From the IMG/VR virus record IMGVR_UViG_3300007542_000024: a stretch of DNA of 64,000 nt, one strand, 5' to 3'. Position numbers and translations under genes: made by a program. Shown here piece by piece: positions 10,764 through 20,642 of this stretch. This stretch comes from an uncultured virus (IMG/VR IMGVR_UViG_3300007542_000024). Taxonomy: Duplodnaviria; Heunggongvirae; Uroviricota; Caudoviricetes. How positions within the stretch are numbered: the stretch's first letter is position 1; the number at the start of each line of letters is the position of its first letter. The notes beneath the pieces are model-generated. The model saw only the letters and a program-made list of their open reading frames with translations. It was not told the DNA's origin and did no database searches.

Positions 10764-12116
10764 CTATCCTCCAGTCGGCCGGCGAGGGGGCTTGAAGCTG
10801 CTCAGGTCCACCTTCGTGGGAATGTCCCCAGCGGGGGCGGCCCCTGTGCGCTTCTTGCTCTGCTCGGCAGACGTTTCGTTGGCGTTGTACTCTTCGACCC
10901 ACGAGGTGTTGTCGGCTACGGCCTGGCCGAAGCCGTCACACAGGCGAGCGCTGATGGTGAGGGAGATCTCCTCGTTCATGCCACGAGCGGCGTTGGGGAT
11001 GAGGGCGAGGAGGTCCTGTTGCTTGTTGCAGATGATGCGCAGCGCGAGGTCCACCTTGCGGGCGATGTGGTCCGACCAGGCGTGCTCCACCGAGCTGCGC
11101 CCACGGGTCTTGTCCCCTTCCCGGTTGGCGTGCCCGCAGATGATAGCCGGCAGCTTCGCCTTGGAGATCAGGTAGGCCTTGAGCATGTCGATGGTGCGCG
11201 CCACGTAGACGTGCTCGCGTGCGTTGGACTTCTCGGCCATCGCATCGTCGGCCATCGCCTTCCAGTAGTCGTGGATGATGATGTGCGGCTTGACGTCCTC
11301 GACCTTGCCCTTGAACCCGCTCAGCCCACCTTCGACATCGGTGAAGATGAGCTTGCCTCGCGTCCGGAGGTCGCGGAGGAGCTGCTCTATGCGCTGCATC
11401 CCAGCGGGCGAGACGTCTCCCTTGAGCAGGCGCCCGTAGTCGAACTGCCCTCGGATAGCGATGACACGCCACTCCAGCTCTTCGGCGGTCATCTCCCGCG
11501 TGAAGAAGAGCACACGGAGGCCGAGAGCCTCATAGAACAGGGCGAGGAACAGCAGGAGGAAGGTCTTCCGGGTCTTGTGTCTCCCGTAGATGTAGATGAG
11601 GTTGCCAGGACAGAGCCCGGCCGAGTTGTTGTTGAACAGGTCCCAGGGCCAGGGGTAGCCCAGGAGGCCTTGCCCGGTCTGGAGACGCTCGAGCTTCTTG
11701 AAGATGGCGTCCGGATCGGACCCGACCACGAGGTCCGTGCGTCCCCGTTGGTTGAGTAGGTTGATCCGATCGGCAGCGTCCACCAGGAACTTCTTGGCTG
11801 CCCAGGGATCGCCTACGTTGACCTCTGCCGTGCGGTGCAGAGCGTCGTCGATCTCGGAGCCGAGCTTGTAGGTCTGGAGCTCAGCGATGATGGCCGAGAG
11901 GCCGTCGGACGGGGTGTGGTGCTGGTAGGTGGGGCAGAGTCCCTGGAAGTAGGGGACGGACGGCACTTCGTGGTGGTTCTCGTAGTGCTCGGTGATCACG
12001 TCCCAGAACAGCTTGGCTTCGTCGCCGAGCAGCGAGGGATGCGCCCCCGCTTTCAGCGCCTCCGCCAAGTCTCTACTTTCCAGCACTGCTGCGACCAGCG
12101 CCAGATCGAGGTTCAT
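10764..12116 (-). CDS. DnaB-like replicative helicase
   Basis: YGRHKTRKT (variant Walker A), LFFTREM, IIIHDY, HANRE, WSDHIARKVD; directly upstream of the primase; GGAGGAGG RBS. Confidence 0.85.
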   Translation of the reverse strand: MNLDLALVAAVLESRDLAEALKAGAHPSLLGDEAKLFWDVITEHYENHHEVPSVPYFQGLCPTYQHHTPSDGLSAIIAELQTYKLGSEIDDALHRTAEVNVGDPWAAKKFLVDAADRINLLNQRGRTDLVVGSDPDAIFKKLERLQTGQGLLGYPWPWDLFNNNSAGLCPGNLIYIYGRHKTRKTFLLLFLALFYEALGLRVLFFTREMTAEELEWRVIAIRGQFDYGRLLKGDVSPAGMQRIEQLLRDLRTRGKLIFTDVEGGLSGFKGKVEDVKPHIIIHDYWKAMADDAMAEKSNAREHVYVARTIDMLKAYLISKAKLPAIICGHANREGDKTRGRSSVEHAWSDHIARKVDLALRIICNKQQDLLALIPNAARGMNEEISLTISARLCDGFGQAVADNTSWVEEYNANETSAEQSKKRTGAAPAGDIPTKVDLSSFKPPRRPTGG

Positions 12117-12198
12117 GCCTCCTCCGCGTACTGGACCCTCCCTGCTCTGCGCCGCAGGGGGTCCGCTGCTTCAGGTGAAGTGAGTGCGCAGCTCGCTG

Positions 12199-12227
12199 AC
12201 TCTAGAGGGCTGGGAGGAGACCGTCAA
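12199..12227 (-). promoter_or_regulatory. sigma70-like promoter TTGACG-N17-TAGAGT upstream of the helicase
   Basis: Intergenic; 17-bp spacer counted directly. Confidence 0.6.
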
Positions 12228-12229
12228 CC

Positions 12230-12544
12230 CTATCCCGCAAAGGAGAGCCCCCCGCTGGGCTGCGGCGGTTCATCGAAGGGGTCGTCGTCGAGGGGCCGGT
12301 GGGCCGGCGGCGGGGTGTGCCGCGTCAGGTGTGCGGCCACGTCGTCCTCGATGGACTCCTTGAGGGCGTGCAGGATCTGCAGGGACCGCTCGCTCCATGC
12401 CCCGTAGGTGAGGAAGGAGACGGTGTTGCCGTTTGGGTCCATGAAGGACATCTTGGCGAGGGGGTTGAGCCCGCCGATGAAGCGAACGCGAAGCTCGCCC
12501 ACCACGACGTGCGCGATGTCGTTGTTGGGGGGAATCTGGGCCAT
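12230..12544 (-). CDS. Hypothetical protein (104 aa)
   Basis: Start reassigned to ATG 12544 (MAQIPPNND) after GGAGG. Confidence 0.7.
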   Translation of the reverse strand: MAQIPPNNDIAHVVVGELRVRFIGGLNPLAKMSFMDPNGNTVSFLTYGAWSERSLQILHALKESIEDDVAAHLTRHTPPPAHRPLDDDPFDEPPQPSGGLSFAG

Positions 12545-12545
12545 G

Positions 12546-12914
12546 TCAGCCTCCGCTGGAAGCGATGTCCGGGAAGAACTCGGCGACGATCTCGTCGCGC
12601 CGAGCGTGCAGCTCCGACTTGACGAAGTCCACGCAGTCTTGAAGGGCCGCGCGCTTCTCTGGCTCGGTAATCCCGCAAGGGACCGTGCACCAGGCCGTGA
12701 CCTCGACCTTCTCTCGGGAGAACTCGGTCGAGGTGCCGATAGCGATGGAGATGCCGACGCTGGCAGGGTGCGGGGGGAGCGCCTTTCGCGGGTCGAGCGG
12801 AGGCGCCTCGGTCGGGCGAGCGATCTGGTGAGGAGGGGAGCCCGGGCGCCGGGCCGTGGCCACGGAGCCGCGCTTGCCCGAGTCGGGCGGGCGGCGGAAC
12901 GGAGAGTCACTCAT
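12546..12914 (-). CDS. Hypothetical protein
   Basis: 122-aa ORF with AAGGAG RBS, tightly packed. Confidence 0.65.
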   Translation of the reverse strand: MSDSPFRRPPDSGKRGSVATARRPGSPPHQIARPTEAPPLDPRKALPPHPASVGISIAIGTSTEFSREKVEVTAWCTVPCGITEPEKRAALQDCVDFVKSELHARRDEIVAEFFPDIASSGG

Positions 12915-13473
12915 CGGAGAGCTCCTTGATACGGATCTGAGGGTGCTTGCGGCGCGAGGTGCGCTTGAAGGGGGCGACGACGTCTTCCGTCAGGTCGCCC
13001 TGGGCCACGAGGCGGTCCACCAGGTCGGCGTCGATGACCTGGCGCACTACGGGGTCGCCGTCCACCTCGAGCGTGCGCAGCTCGGGGCACTGGACGAGCA
13101 GGCCGTCCGAGTAGGAGCTGTCCACCTGGATGCGCGACGAGGTGACCTGCCACGGGGTGTTGTCAGCCTCGAGGCGGAGGCCTGCGGCCAGGTCGGTGTC
13201 CGGGAGGGCGCGGATGTTCTCCTTGATGCGCTCTTCGGTGGCTGCGATCTCTTCGGTCACGGTGTCGAGGTCCTGGTAGGTGTCCAGTTCCTGCTCGCGC
13301 AGAAGGAGCTGCTCTTGAGCGATCTGGCCCTCGAGCAGGGAGATGTGATCGCGGAGCTCGCGCACCTTCGCCGCTCTGGCGTTGTCCTCCAGGTACTCCT
13401 CGATGTCGCGCCGTCTGCGGTGCAGCTTGGCGAGGGCCTGTAGGTCGTGTTCGATGGAAGTGGTGTCCGGCAC
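12907..13473 (-). CDS. Hypothetical coiled-coil protein
   Basis: 188-aa ORF, GAGGAG RBS, heptad-like N-terminal half. Confidence 0.7.
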   Translation of the reverse strand: MPDTTSIEHDLQALAKLHRRRRDIEEYLEDNARAAKVRELRDHISLLEGQIAQEQLLLREQELDTYQDLDTVTEEIAATEERIKENIRALPDTDLAAGLRLEADNTPWQVTSSRIQVDSSYSDGLLVQCPELRTLEVDGDPVVRQVIDADLVDRLVAQGDLTEDVVAPFKRTSRRKHPQIRIKELSDE

Positions 13474-13474
13474 G

Positions 13475-14185
13475 TCACTCTCCTCGGGTGGGCAGGGTGG
13501 CCCCGGTGTAGATGTGGTGGTACATGTCGGCGGTCTGGAACGCCTTGAGCCAGGTACGGAAGGCGTGGTGGCGGTCGCTCCCGTGCTCCATGGCAGCGTT
13601 CTCGGGGCGCAGCAGGTACTGCATGGGGAAGCTCACGTAGGCCGTGCGCTTCACGAGCGTGCATTGGCCCTGCGTGTAGGCGTCGTAGGTGGGTACCGTC
13701 GGGTTGCGCGCCATGGAGGTGACGCTGGGGCGCACCTTGAGGAGCGCCTTGATGGCCGTGTTCCCGAGCACCAGGAGGACGTAGGGGTCGATGATCTCGA
13801 TGACCCGGTGCAGCCGTGCCTGGCAGGCCTGCACCTCTTCCTTGGCCGCGGGCCTGTGCCGCAGGTAGCCGTCGTCCTCTGCGCGGGTGGCGCGGCAGCC
13901 TACGGCCTTGAGCAGGAACACCTCCGCTCGGCTGGAGTGCACGCCGGCGAGGTAGCTGTCGAGCAGGGCACCGTCGTTCCCGCTGAAGATCTTGCCCGAG
14001 GCGTCCTCGTGCTCGTCGGGAGCCTCGTCGATGATGACGACCTTCGCATCGGGGTTGCCGCTGCCGAAGACCATGTGACGTCGGTCGCGGCCTTCCGGGT
14101 GGGCCAGTGCGCACAGCTCGCAGGCAGCGTACTCTTCCCAGAGGGCCATGAGGAGGTCTTGCTTCTCCTGGGTGGGCATGGTCAT
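13475..14185 (-). CDS. Uracil-DNA glycosylase family 4-like protein with altered catalytic motifs
   Basis: CELCAL...VFGSGNPDAKVVIIDEAPDEHEDASG...CR...C...LVLGNTA; start 14185 overlaps the helicase stop (ATGA). Confidence 0.8.
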   Translation of the reverse strand: MTMPTQEKQDLLMALWEEYAACELCALAHPEGRDRRHMVFGSGNPDAKVVIIDEAPDEHEDASGKIFSGNDGALLDSYLAGVHSSRAEVFLLKAVGCRATRAEDDGYLRHRPAAKEEVQACQARLHRVIEIIDPYVLLVLGNTAIKALLKVRPSVTSMARNPTVPTYDAYTQGQCTLVKRTAYVSFPMQYLLRPENAAMEHGSDRHHAFRTWLKAFQTADMYHHIYTGATLPTRGE

Positions 14186-15540
14186 ACTGCGGGTCTCTCC
14201 TGAACAGCGTAGGGGTACTGGAAGCCGGCGAGGTGGTGCATGAGCTTGTTGCACATGTTTCGCGCGGATGGGATCAAGTTGTCGTAGATGACCACGACGA
14301 CAGGCGGCTTCTTCCCGGCGCATTTGCGCTGGATGCGCCCGATGATCTGGCGGAGGCGTCCTTCGTCTACGAAGGGCATGCAGATGAAGATGGTGTCGAG
14401 GTCCTTGCGGTCGAGACCTTCCTTGGCCAGCGGTGTCGTAGCGAAGACGAGGTCGTAGCTCTGCAGGATCTCTTCCCGGGCCTCTCCCTTCACGCCGCCG
14501 TAGATGAGCCCGTGTGGGGTGGGCCACTGGAAGGACGCCATGAACTTCAGGTGGTTGACCCGCTCCGAGAGCACGAGGGGCTTGCGCCCGTCCTGCACAG
14601 CGCCCCAGAGCATGTTGCAGATGATGTCGTTGCGCTCGGCGCAGTCGGCCAACCAGTTGTAGAGCTTGGCCAGGTTCGCCCCAGAGGACGTAGACATCGA
14701 CGCCAGGTCTTCCTTCGTAGGGTTGATGTCCGTCTTCACGAAGAAGACTTCCGGTACGATGTCTGCTTGCATGCTCTCGAACAGCACCCCGCCGATGTGC
14801 GCCATGTAGAGCCGGTCGAGGCCATCGGCCCGCAGCGGCGTCCCGGACAGTCCCCAACGAACACCTCCGCAGAGGGGAGCCGTCGTGTTGAACCAGGGCG
14901 CTCCCAGGTGGTGCACCTCGTCGTAGACCGCGATCCCGAAGTGGTTCCGCATCTCGACGGGGAGGTCATCGTACTTGGCTGCGAGGGTCTGAATCATGGC
15001 CAGGGTGACAGGCTTCTCCCAGTCCATGGTCGTCCCCTGGACGATGCCGATGTCCTCGCGCTCCAAGGATGCGTGCTCCGTCAGGCGAGTGATCCACTGG
15101 TAGAGCAGGTCCTTGGTATGAACGACCACGAGCGCAGGCATGCCGAGCGCGGCCATGGCGTGAATGGCGACGACCGTCTTGCCCTTGCCTGGCAGCAAGG
15201 CGAGCACACCGTCCCCCTCGTCCACCATCGAGGCGTAGCCCATGCGCTGAATGGGCCCGCGGAGATCGTAGGTCAGGGGGCCGATCTCCACCTGGGGGAA
15301 CCTCTTGGGCCGGATATCCACGATCTCGAAGTCGTACTGGTCCTCATCGCTGGGCGGGATGAATGCACGAGGCACCACGAGGTGCGTGCTGGTGGTTCCC
15401 CAGGCACACACAGGCGCCTTGTCGGAGAGCGGGAAGGTCAGGGAGGCTTGGATACCCGCTCGGTTGGGTACGTGCTCCAGGGGCAGCCAGAGGTAGTCCC
15501 CTCGGTAGCCCTTGCGCGGGTCCATGCGGCGGTACTTCAT
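14182..15540 (-). CDS. Superfamily 2 helicase (UvsW/XPB-like)
   Basis: PGKGKT, YDEVHH, GLSGTPLRADG, EGLD, QIIGRIQR. Confidence 0.9.
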   Translation of the reverse strand: MKYRRMDPRKGYRGDYLWLPLEHVPNRAGIQASLTFPLSDKAPVCAWGTTSTHLVVPRAFIPPSDEDQYDFEIVDIRPKRFPQVEIGPLTYDLRGPIQRMGYASMVDEGDGVLALLPGKGKTVVAIHAMAALGMPALVVVHTKDLLYQWITRLTEHASLEREDIGIVQGTTMDWEKPVTLAMIQTLAAKYDDLPVEMRNHFGIAVYDEVHHLGAPWFNTTAPLCGGVRWGLSGTPLRADGLDRLYMAHIGGVLFESMQADIVPEVFFVKTDINPTKEDLASMSTSSGANLAKLYNWLADCAERNDIICNMLWGAVQDGRKPLVLSERVNHLKFMASFQWPTPHGLIYGGVKGEAREEILQSYDLVFATTPLAKEGLDRKDLDTIFICMPFVDEGRLRQIIGRIQRKCAGKKPPVVVVIYDNLIPSARNMCNKLMHHLAGFQYPYAVQERPAV

Positions 15541-15938
15541 GGGCGACTCACTGCGGCGGTCAGCTTCTGCTCGAGGGCCTCCCGTAGCGCCTTGCGCTCC
15601 CGGGCGTCCAGCTGCAGGCGCAGGACGTTCTCGGCTTCGACGGCAGCCAGGGCTGCGATGTCTCTGAGCAGAACATCTGGGTGTGGAGAGAGGGTGACGT
15701 GGGCACGCACCTCGGGGTCGAGCTGGTGCTCGGCGAGGAGGCGCCAGGCGACCAAGCGCCTGTCGGGCGGAACCTCGAGGGCGTTGAGCAAGTACTCCAG
15801 CAGCTCCCCCGACGGGTAGGACGTTCCGAGGAAGATGCGGCGAATGTGCTCCGGGGACACGCCGACCCCGGCCGCTACTTCATGCTGGGCTATCCACGGG
15901 GCCTTGGCTGCCGCCAGTAGCTTCCCCAGGGTCGTCAT
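15537..15938 (-). CDS. XRE-family helix-turn-helix regulator (133 aa)
   Basis: QHEVAAGVGVSPEHIRRIFLGTSYPS; start 15938 is ATGA-coupled. Confidence 0.75.
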   Translation of the reverse strand: MTTLGKLLAAAKAPWIAQHEVAAGVGVSPEHIRRIFLGTSYPSGELLEYLLNALEVPPDRRLVAWRLLAEHQLDPEVRAHVTLSPHPDVLLRDIAALAAVEAENVLRLQLDARERKALREALEQKLTAAVSRP

Positions 15939-16396
15939 GACGTGCCCTGGTGGTACTTGGAGCCGAAGCGCCGACGTGTGAAGAAGTAGGCGACCTCGGC
16001 GGCGATCGCCTGCACCCCGGCTTCGACCATGCGTAGGCCGAGGTCCTTCATGATGTCCCAGAACGAGGGGCGTTTCCACTTGCGCACTTCCCCCGGCTTC
16101 TGGGCGGCGACGGGAGCGTAGGCGGAGGGGCGGTCACCGTCGGCTTGACGGGGCGGCGTGGCGGCCGGCGGCGGGGCGGGGGCGACGTTGGTGCGGACGG
16201 TAGGCTGGCGGAGGGTCTGGGTGGTAGTTCTCACGGGAGCCTGCACGGGTGCTGGTGTGGGAGCGGCGGGAGCAGCTCGCGGGGGACGAAAAGGACTGCT
16301 GGAGCTTCCCTGGAAGGAGAACTGCTCCTGCGGAGGGGGCTGCGCCGCCGTGTTACCCCGGCGGAGCTGCTGGTAGAGCCTGTCGTTCGGTGGCAA
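15935..16396 (-). CDS. Pro/Ala-rich hypothetical protein, first gene of the leftward operon
   Basis: AGGAGGAG then TTG 16396; low-complexity N-terminus, amphipathic C-terminus. Confidence 0.6.
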   Translation of the reverse strand: MPPNDRLYQQLRRGNTAAQPPPQEQFSFQGSSSSPFRPPRAAPAAPTPAPVQAPVRTTTQTLRQPTVRTNVAPAPPPAATPPRQADGDRPSAYAPVAAQKPGEVRKWKRPSFWDIMKDLGLRMVEAGVQAIAAEVAYFFTRRRFGSKYHQGTS

Positions 16397-16439
16397 CGGG
16401 GGCTCCTCCTGTGCTAATGGTGTTGATGCGACCAGTCTC

Positions 16440-16452
16440 CTTATGCGCGATA
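16440..16452 (-). promoter_or_regulatory. TC-N4-ATAAG motif heading the replication operon (candidate phage promoter)
   Basis: TATCGCGCATAAG at the divergence point between the replication and structural modules; one of nine similar copies. Confidence 0.65.
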
Positions 16453-16487
16453 TTCGGCATCCTGTGCCCCCAGCCGAGAGAGTACCC

Positions 16488-17585
16488 ATGGACCTTCGGA
16501 CCCAGGTGATCGACTTCTACGACGACCGAGAAGGTCGGATCCTCCAAGGCTTCGTTCCTGACCCCTCGGACCTCCCGCCGCTGGTCAAGACTGCTGCGGT
16601 CCTGGCGGAGAGCGCGCACAACAACCAGTACGCCTTGGTGATGAGCGATCAGCAGGGCACGCTGAGGCGTTTCCCCACCAACGACGTGGGGAACACCTGG
16701 TTGTCGGCGCTCTACTTCCACGCCACCCATGACGTGCTGCCGGAAGAGGCGGAGAAGGTCGCGGCGGCCAACCTCCTGCTCGCCTGCAATCACTTCCAGA
16801 TCGACCCCCCGCAGAGCTTGGTGGAGGCAGCCTCGAGGCACGACGGACCCCCCACGACCAACCTGGTCGACATCACGGGTCAGCGTCGCGAGATCGTCAA
16901 GGAGGCCGAGGCTCTTCCCGAGGACGACGTCGTCTACGCCCTCGAGGACGAGAAGCGGTACCCCCTGGCCAGCGCGCAGGACGCCCGCACCGCCATGACC
17001 TACCTGGACAGGCACCTGCGAGGCTTTGCCCCCGGCCAGCGTCGCGAGTTCGCCACCAAGGTCGCCAGTGTGGCCGAGCGTGCAGGGCTCCCAGTGGAGG
17101 GGGCGGTCGCGCAGTACGCGGGCAACGACTACTCCCCCGGGCTGCAGGGACACCTCACCGCCCGCGCCGCGTACCTGGTGGACATCGGGGCCACGCCCAA
17201 GGTGCGCGCCGAGTTGACCAAGGTCGCGGCCCAGCGCACCGCGCTCCCGCCCGACGAGTTCGCCGCGGCGCTGCAGACCTTCGATGAGAGCCACGGGCTG
17301 GACCGTCTGTGGGACCAGGGCATCGCGGATCCCTACTACTCCACCTTCGGGTGGACGGTGAAGACCGCTGCCGACAAGACGCGCTACGAGGCGGGCATCC
17401 TCTCCGTGTCCGAGGATGAGCTCCGCTCGCTGGCGGAGTACGGGCGCAAGGTGCTGGTCGAGCGCTTCGGAGAGAAGCTCGCCAACGCCTTCTGCAAGAA
17501 CCCGGTCGCCATCTTCACGTCCATGCCGCTCCCGCAGCGGCAGATCCTGGCCAACATGGCCTCCAGCGTCACCGACTTGCAGTAG
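16488..17585 (+). CDS. Putative head-associated structural protein (365 aa)
   Basis: First gene of the rightward module; K-x-A motifs VKTAA, VKEAE, TKVAA, VKTAA. Confidence 0.7.
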   Translation: MDLRTQVIDFYDDREGRILQGFVPDPSDLPPLVKTAAVLAESAHNNQYALVMSDQQGTLRRFPTNDVGNTWLSALYFHATHDVLPEEAEKVAAANLLLACNHFQIDPPQSLVEAASRHDGPPTTNLVDITGQRREIVKEAEALPEDDVVYALEDEKRYPLASAQDARTAMTYLDRHLRGFAPGQRREFATKVASVAERAGLPVEGAVAQYAGNDYSPGLQGHLTARAAYLVDIGATPKVRAELTKVAAQRTALPPDEFAAALQTFDESHGLDRLWDQGIADPYYSTFGWTVKTAADKTRYEAGILSVSEDELRSLAEYGRKVLVERFGEKLANAFCKNPVAIFTSMPLPQRQILANMASSVTDLQ

Positions 17586-17593
17586 GAGGGCAC

Positions 17594-18268
17594 GTGAAGC
17601 CCCTCTTCCAGCCCGCGAGACCGTTCGAGGACGGGATGGGGCTTCACGTGCAGCCCCTCACAACGCTGCTTCTGCAGTTGCTTGGTCCCGAGTACATCGA
17701 CTGGGACTCCGAGGCGCTCTTCCTCGAGCTGGAAGAGCGTGGAGGCGTCCCCGTGGGTGCGATGACGCAGGAGCGCATCCAGGCGGTGCGTCTGATGCAC
17801 CGGCAGCCCTCGTTCTGGCACGACTGGGGAGTGTTCGAGAACGTGACGGCGGCCATCCTCGGACACGGCGCGGTCTTCAGCCACGCTCAGCCCCCCGATG
17901 CGCACGAGATCGCGATCGCGTTGGACGTGGCGCGCGTCTTGGACGCCTCGCGTGCCTACTCGGCCGAGGTGCTGCAGTACATCGTCAGTGCGCTACTCTA
18001 CGACGGCGTGTGGTACCTCGAGGAGCCTCTCGACCTTGCACAGGCGACCTTGGCGGACCACGACAGCACCAAGGGTATCCTTCGGGACGTAGGTCAGGTG
18101 GCTGCCGTGCTACAGCGTGTTGGGAACCGCTACATCACGACGCCTTCGACAGCGGCCGAGGTGCAGGCCAACCACGTCATAGAGGTCAGGAAGGCACGAG
18201 CGGAGTACAATCAGCAGGTGCAGGCGCAGTTGCGCCAACTTCCGCAGATCCTCCAGGAGCTACGATGA
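17594..18268 (+). CDS. Hypothetical protein
   Basis: 224-aa ORF with AGGAGG RBS. Confidence 0.75.
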   Translation: MKPLFQPARPFEDGMGLHVQPLTTLLLQLLGPEYIDWDSEALFLELEERGGVPVGAMTQERIQAVRLMHRQPSFWHDWGVFENVTAAILGHGAVFSHAQPPDAHEIAIALDVARVLDASRAYSAEVLQYIVSALLYDGVWYLEEPLDLAQATLADHDSTKGILRDVGQVAAVLQRVGNRYITTPSTAAEVQANHVIEVRKARAEYNQQVQAQLRQLPQILQELR

Positions 18269-18636
18269 GCCAGTACGACACCGTCAGGGAACAGATCATC
18301 CTCATGGCGTTCGAGGAAGAGCTCGAGAAGATCGCCGCCGGCTGGTTCACCCCCATCAAGAAGGGGCTGAAGTCGGCGGGCCACCGCATCATCTCCAAGG
18401 CGGCGCCCACGGGCAGCGGGGCGGCTACCGCTGGCATCCGCGGCCTGCGGAAGGGCGTGAAGCAGGGCAAGCGTGGCTACTGGAAGGCCGGCAAGAAGGC
18501 CAGCTTCAAGACGCGGGCGCGGGTCTTCGGAGCCAACGCCATGAACTTCGCCGCGCGGAACCCCGGTACCGCTGCTGCGGGCGTCGGCCTGGGAGCGGTC
18601 GGTGCGGGTGCTGTGGGCGCCAAGGTCCTGAGCTAA
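18265..18636 (+). CDS. Basic protein with AFEEELEKIA leader and C-terminal glycine zipper (123 aa)
   Basis: ATG 18265 after AGGAG, ATGA-coupled; Lys-rich; ends AAAGVGLGAVGAGAVGAKVLS. Confidence 0.8.
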   Translation: MSQYDTVREQIILMAFEEELEKIAAGWFTPIKKGLKSAGHRIISKAAPTGSGAATAGIRGLRKGVKQGKRGYWKAGKKASFKTRARVFGANAMNFAARNPGTAAAGVGLGAVGAGAVGAKVLS

Positions 18637-18640
18637 GCCT

Positions 18641-20572
18641 ATGTCGGGTAGCGGCTTCGGTCCATCCTCCGGGTACCGCATGAGCGGCAGCAGCAGCTAC
18701 GCCTTCGGTTCACTGGATGGGAGGAACAACAGCTTCAAGTACCCCTCGGCCTGGTGGGATGCGGCTCACATGGAGCTGCCCACCACGGTCAAGCACCTCT
18801 TCAAGTGGTGCCGTTACCATGCCGTCGCCAACCCGCTCATCAGCTCGACGACCCGCAAGATGGCGTCGTACCCCATCACGCGGCTCATCATCGAAGACGA
18901 GCCCATGGAGGGGTTCGGCAAGAACAAGGAGCGCTGGGAGGACTTGCTCTTCCGGGTGCTGAACATCCAGCGGTTCATGTTCGAGGGTGGACTGGACTAC
19001 CACACCTACGGCAACTGCATCGTCAGCCTGCTCTACCCCTTCCACAAGTACCTCGGGTGCCGCTCTTGCGGCTTCCGCGAGCGCATCAAGCGGCTGAAGT
19101 ACCAGCAGGAGTGGACGTTCCGCAACTTCAGCTACGAGCTCAACTGCCCGAAGTGCGGCACCACGGCGCCGGCCGAGGTCAAGGATGAGTGGTACCTCTC
19201 TTACAGAGGCATCAAGATCATCCGCTGGGACCCCTCGTCGATCTCCATCGAGTTCAACCCCATCACCCAGGCATCCGAGTACGCCTACACGATCCCCGAG
19301 CGCATCCGGGCCAAGATCGTGAACAAGCACAAGCCCTACCTCGAGGAGATGCCGCACACCTTCATCCGGGCGGCGCGTCACCGGCGCCCTGTGCAGCTCG
19401 TGGCGGGCAACGTCTTCCACTTCCGAGCGCCGACACCCTCCGTCAGCGGGAACGACTCCGGTTGGGGCTACCCGCCCATCCTGCCTGCGCTCAAGGACAG
19501 CTTCTACCTGCAGGTGCTCAAGAAGGCGAACGAAGCCATCATGCTCGAGCACCTGGTCCCGCTGGACATCCTGTTCCCCAGCACGGCCGACGCCCACGCC
19601 AACCCCTACCTGCACGTCAACCTCTCCGACTGGAAGCGGCGCATCGAGACCGAGCTGGTCAAGTGGCGCATGGACCCCAACCACAAGCCGATCCTGCCGC
19701 TCCCCGTGGGGTACCAGCGTGTGGGCGGCACGGGGCGCAGCTTGATGCCTGTGCAGGAGATCCGAGCCTGGTCCGAGCACATCGTCGTGGGCATGGGGGT
19801 TCCTCAGGAGTTCGCCTTCGGGGGCTTGACCTGGTCAGGTTCGAGCGTCTCCATGCGCATGCTGGAGAACCACTTCCTGATGTACCGGGACATGCTGCAC
19901 CACTTCATCCAGCACTTCCTGATCCCGAGCGTCTCCCGGTTCATGAACTGGCAGCCAGTCTCGGCCCGGATGAAGTCCTTCAAGATGGCCGACGACATGC
20001 AGATGAAGCAGCTGCTGCTGTCGCTCAACCAGATGAAGAAGCTGTCGGACAAGAGCTTGTTGGCCGACTTCGACAAGGACTCCCTCGAGGAGCTGCGCCT
20101 CATCGAGCAGGAGCAGCGACGCGCGCACGATGTGCAGCGGCAGGACCAGCTGGCCCAGGCGGAGGCACAGGGCGAGTCCCAGCAGGTCGCCACCAAGTTC
20201 CAGATCCGCGCCGAGGAGATGATGCGGAAGCATCAGGAGAGCCTGCAGCGGGAGCAGACGCAGGTGATGGGGAGCCAGCCCCCGGCACCCGGGCAGGATC
20301 CCGCACTGGCAGCAGGCCAGCCCCAGGCTCCCGGTCGACCGCCTGCCCAGCAGCACGTCAGCAACGTCAACGTCATCGAGCTGGCCGATGCTTGGGCCAA
20401 GCGCCTGCTCGGCCTGGAGCAGCACGAGCAGTCCCGGGTCCTCCAGGACATGGCTCGCCAGAGCCCCTCCCTGCACAAGCTCATCCTGCAAAAGATGAGC
20501 GAGGTGAGGGCGGCGACGCAGGAGCCGCTGCCAGAGCAGAGGCCCCCACGTCGCCAGAACGCGGTGATCTGA
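18641..20572 (+). CDS. Portal protein (putative)
   Basis: 643 aa; LISSTTRKMASYPIT, DYHTYGNCIV, FHFR...GWGYPPI, IVVGMGVPQEFAFGG give a portal-like layout; Zn-ribbon insert (CRSC...CPKC); Gln-rich tail. Confidence 0.7.
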   Translation: MSGSGFGPSSGYRMSGSSSYAFGSLDGRNNSFKYPSAWWDAAHMELPTTVKHLFKWCRYHAVANPLISSTTRKMASYPITRLIIEDEPMEGFGKNKERWEDLLFRVLNIQRFMFEGGLDYHTYGNCIVSLLYPFHKYLGCRSCGFRERIKRLKYQQEWTFRNFSYELNCPKCGTTAPAEVKDEWYLSYRGIKIIRWDPSSISIEFNPITQASEYAYTIPERIRAKIVNKHKPYLEEMPHTFIRAARHRRPVQLVAGNVFHFRAPTPSVSGNDSGWGYPPILPALKDSFYLQVLKKANEAIMLEHLVPLDILFPSTADAHANPYLHVNLSDWKRRIETELVKWRMDPNHKPILPLPVGYQRVGGTGRSLMPVQEIRAWSEHIVVGMGVPQEFAFGGLTWSGSSVSMRMLENHFLMYRDMLHHFIQHFLIPSVSRFMNWQPVSARMKSFKMADDMQMKQLLLSLNQMKKLSDKSLLADFDKDSLEELRLIEQEQRRAHDVQRQDQLAQAEAQGESQQVATKFQIRAEEMMRKHQESLQREQTQVMGSQPPAPGQDPALAAGQPQAPGRPPAQQHVSNVNVIELADAWAKRLLGLEQHEQSRVLQDMARQSPSLHKLILQKMSEVRAATQEPLPEQRPPRRQNAVI

Positions 20573-20573
20573 G

Positions 20574-20642
20574 CTACGAGTCGCTGACGCCCAGGAGAGC
20601 TCCCCAGGCGATGGCGCAGGTACAGAAGGCGGTGAACAGCAT
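20574..20642 (-). CDS. Hydrophobic micro-peptide MLFTAFCTCAIAWGALLGVSDS (22 aa)
   Basis: TGATG-coupled to the acidic peptide; stop lies 1 nt from the portal stop. Confidence 0.45.
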   Translation of the reverse strand: MLFTAFCTCAIAWGALLGVSDS

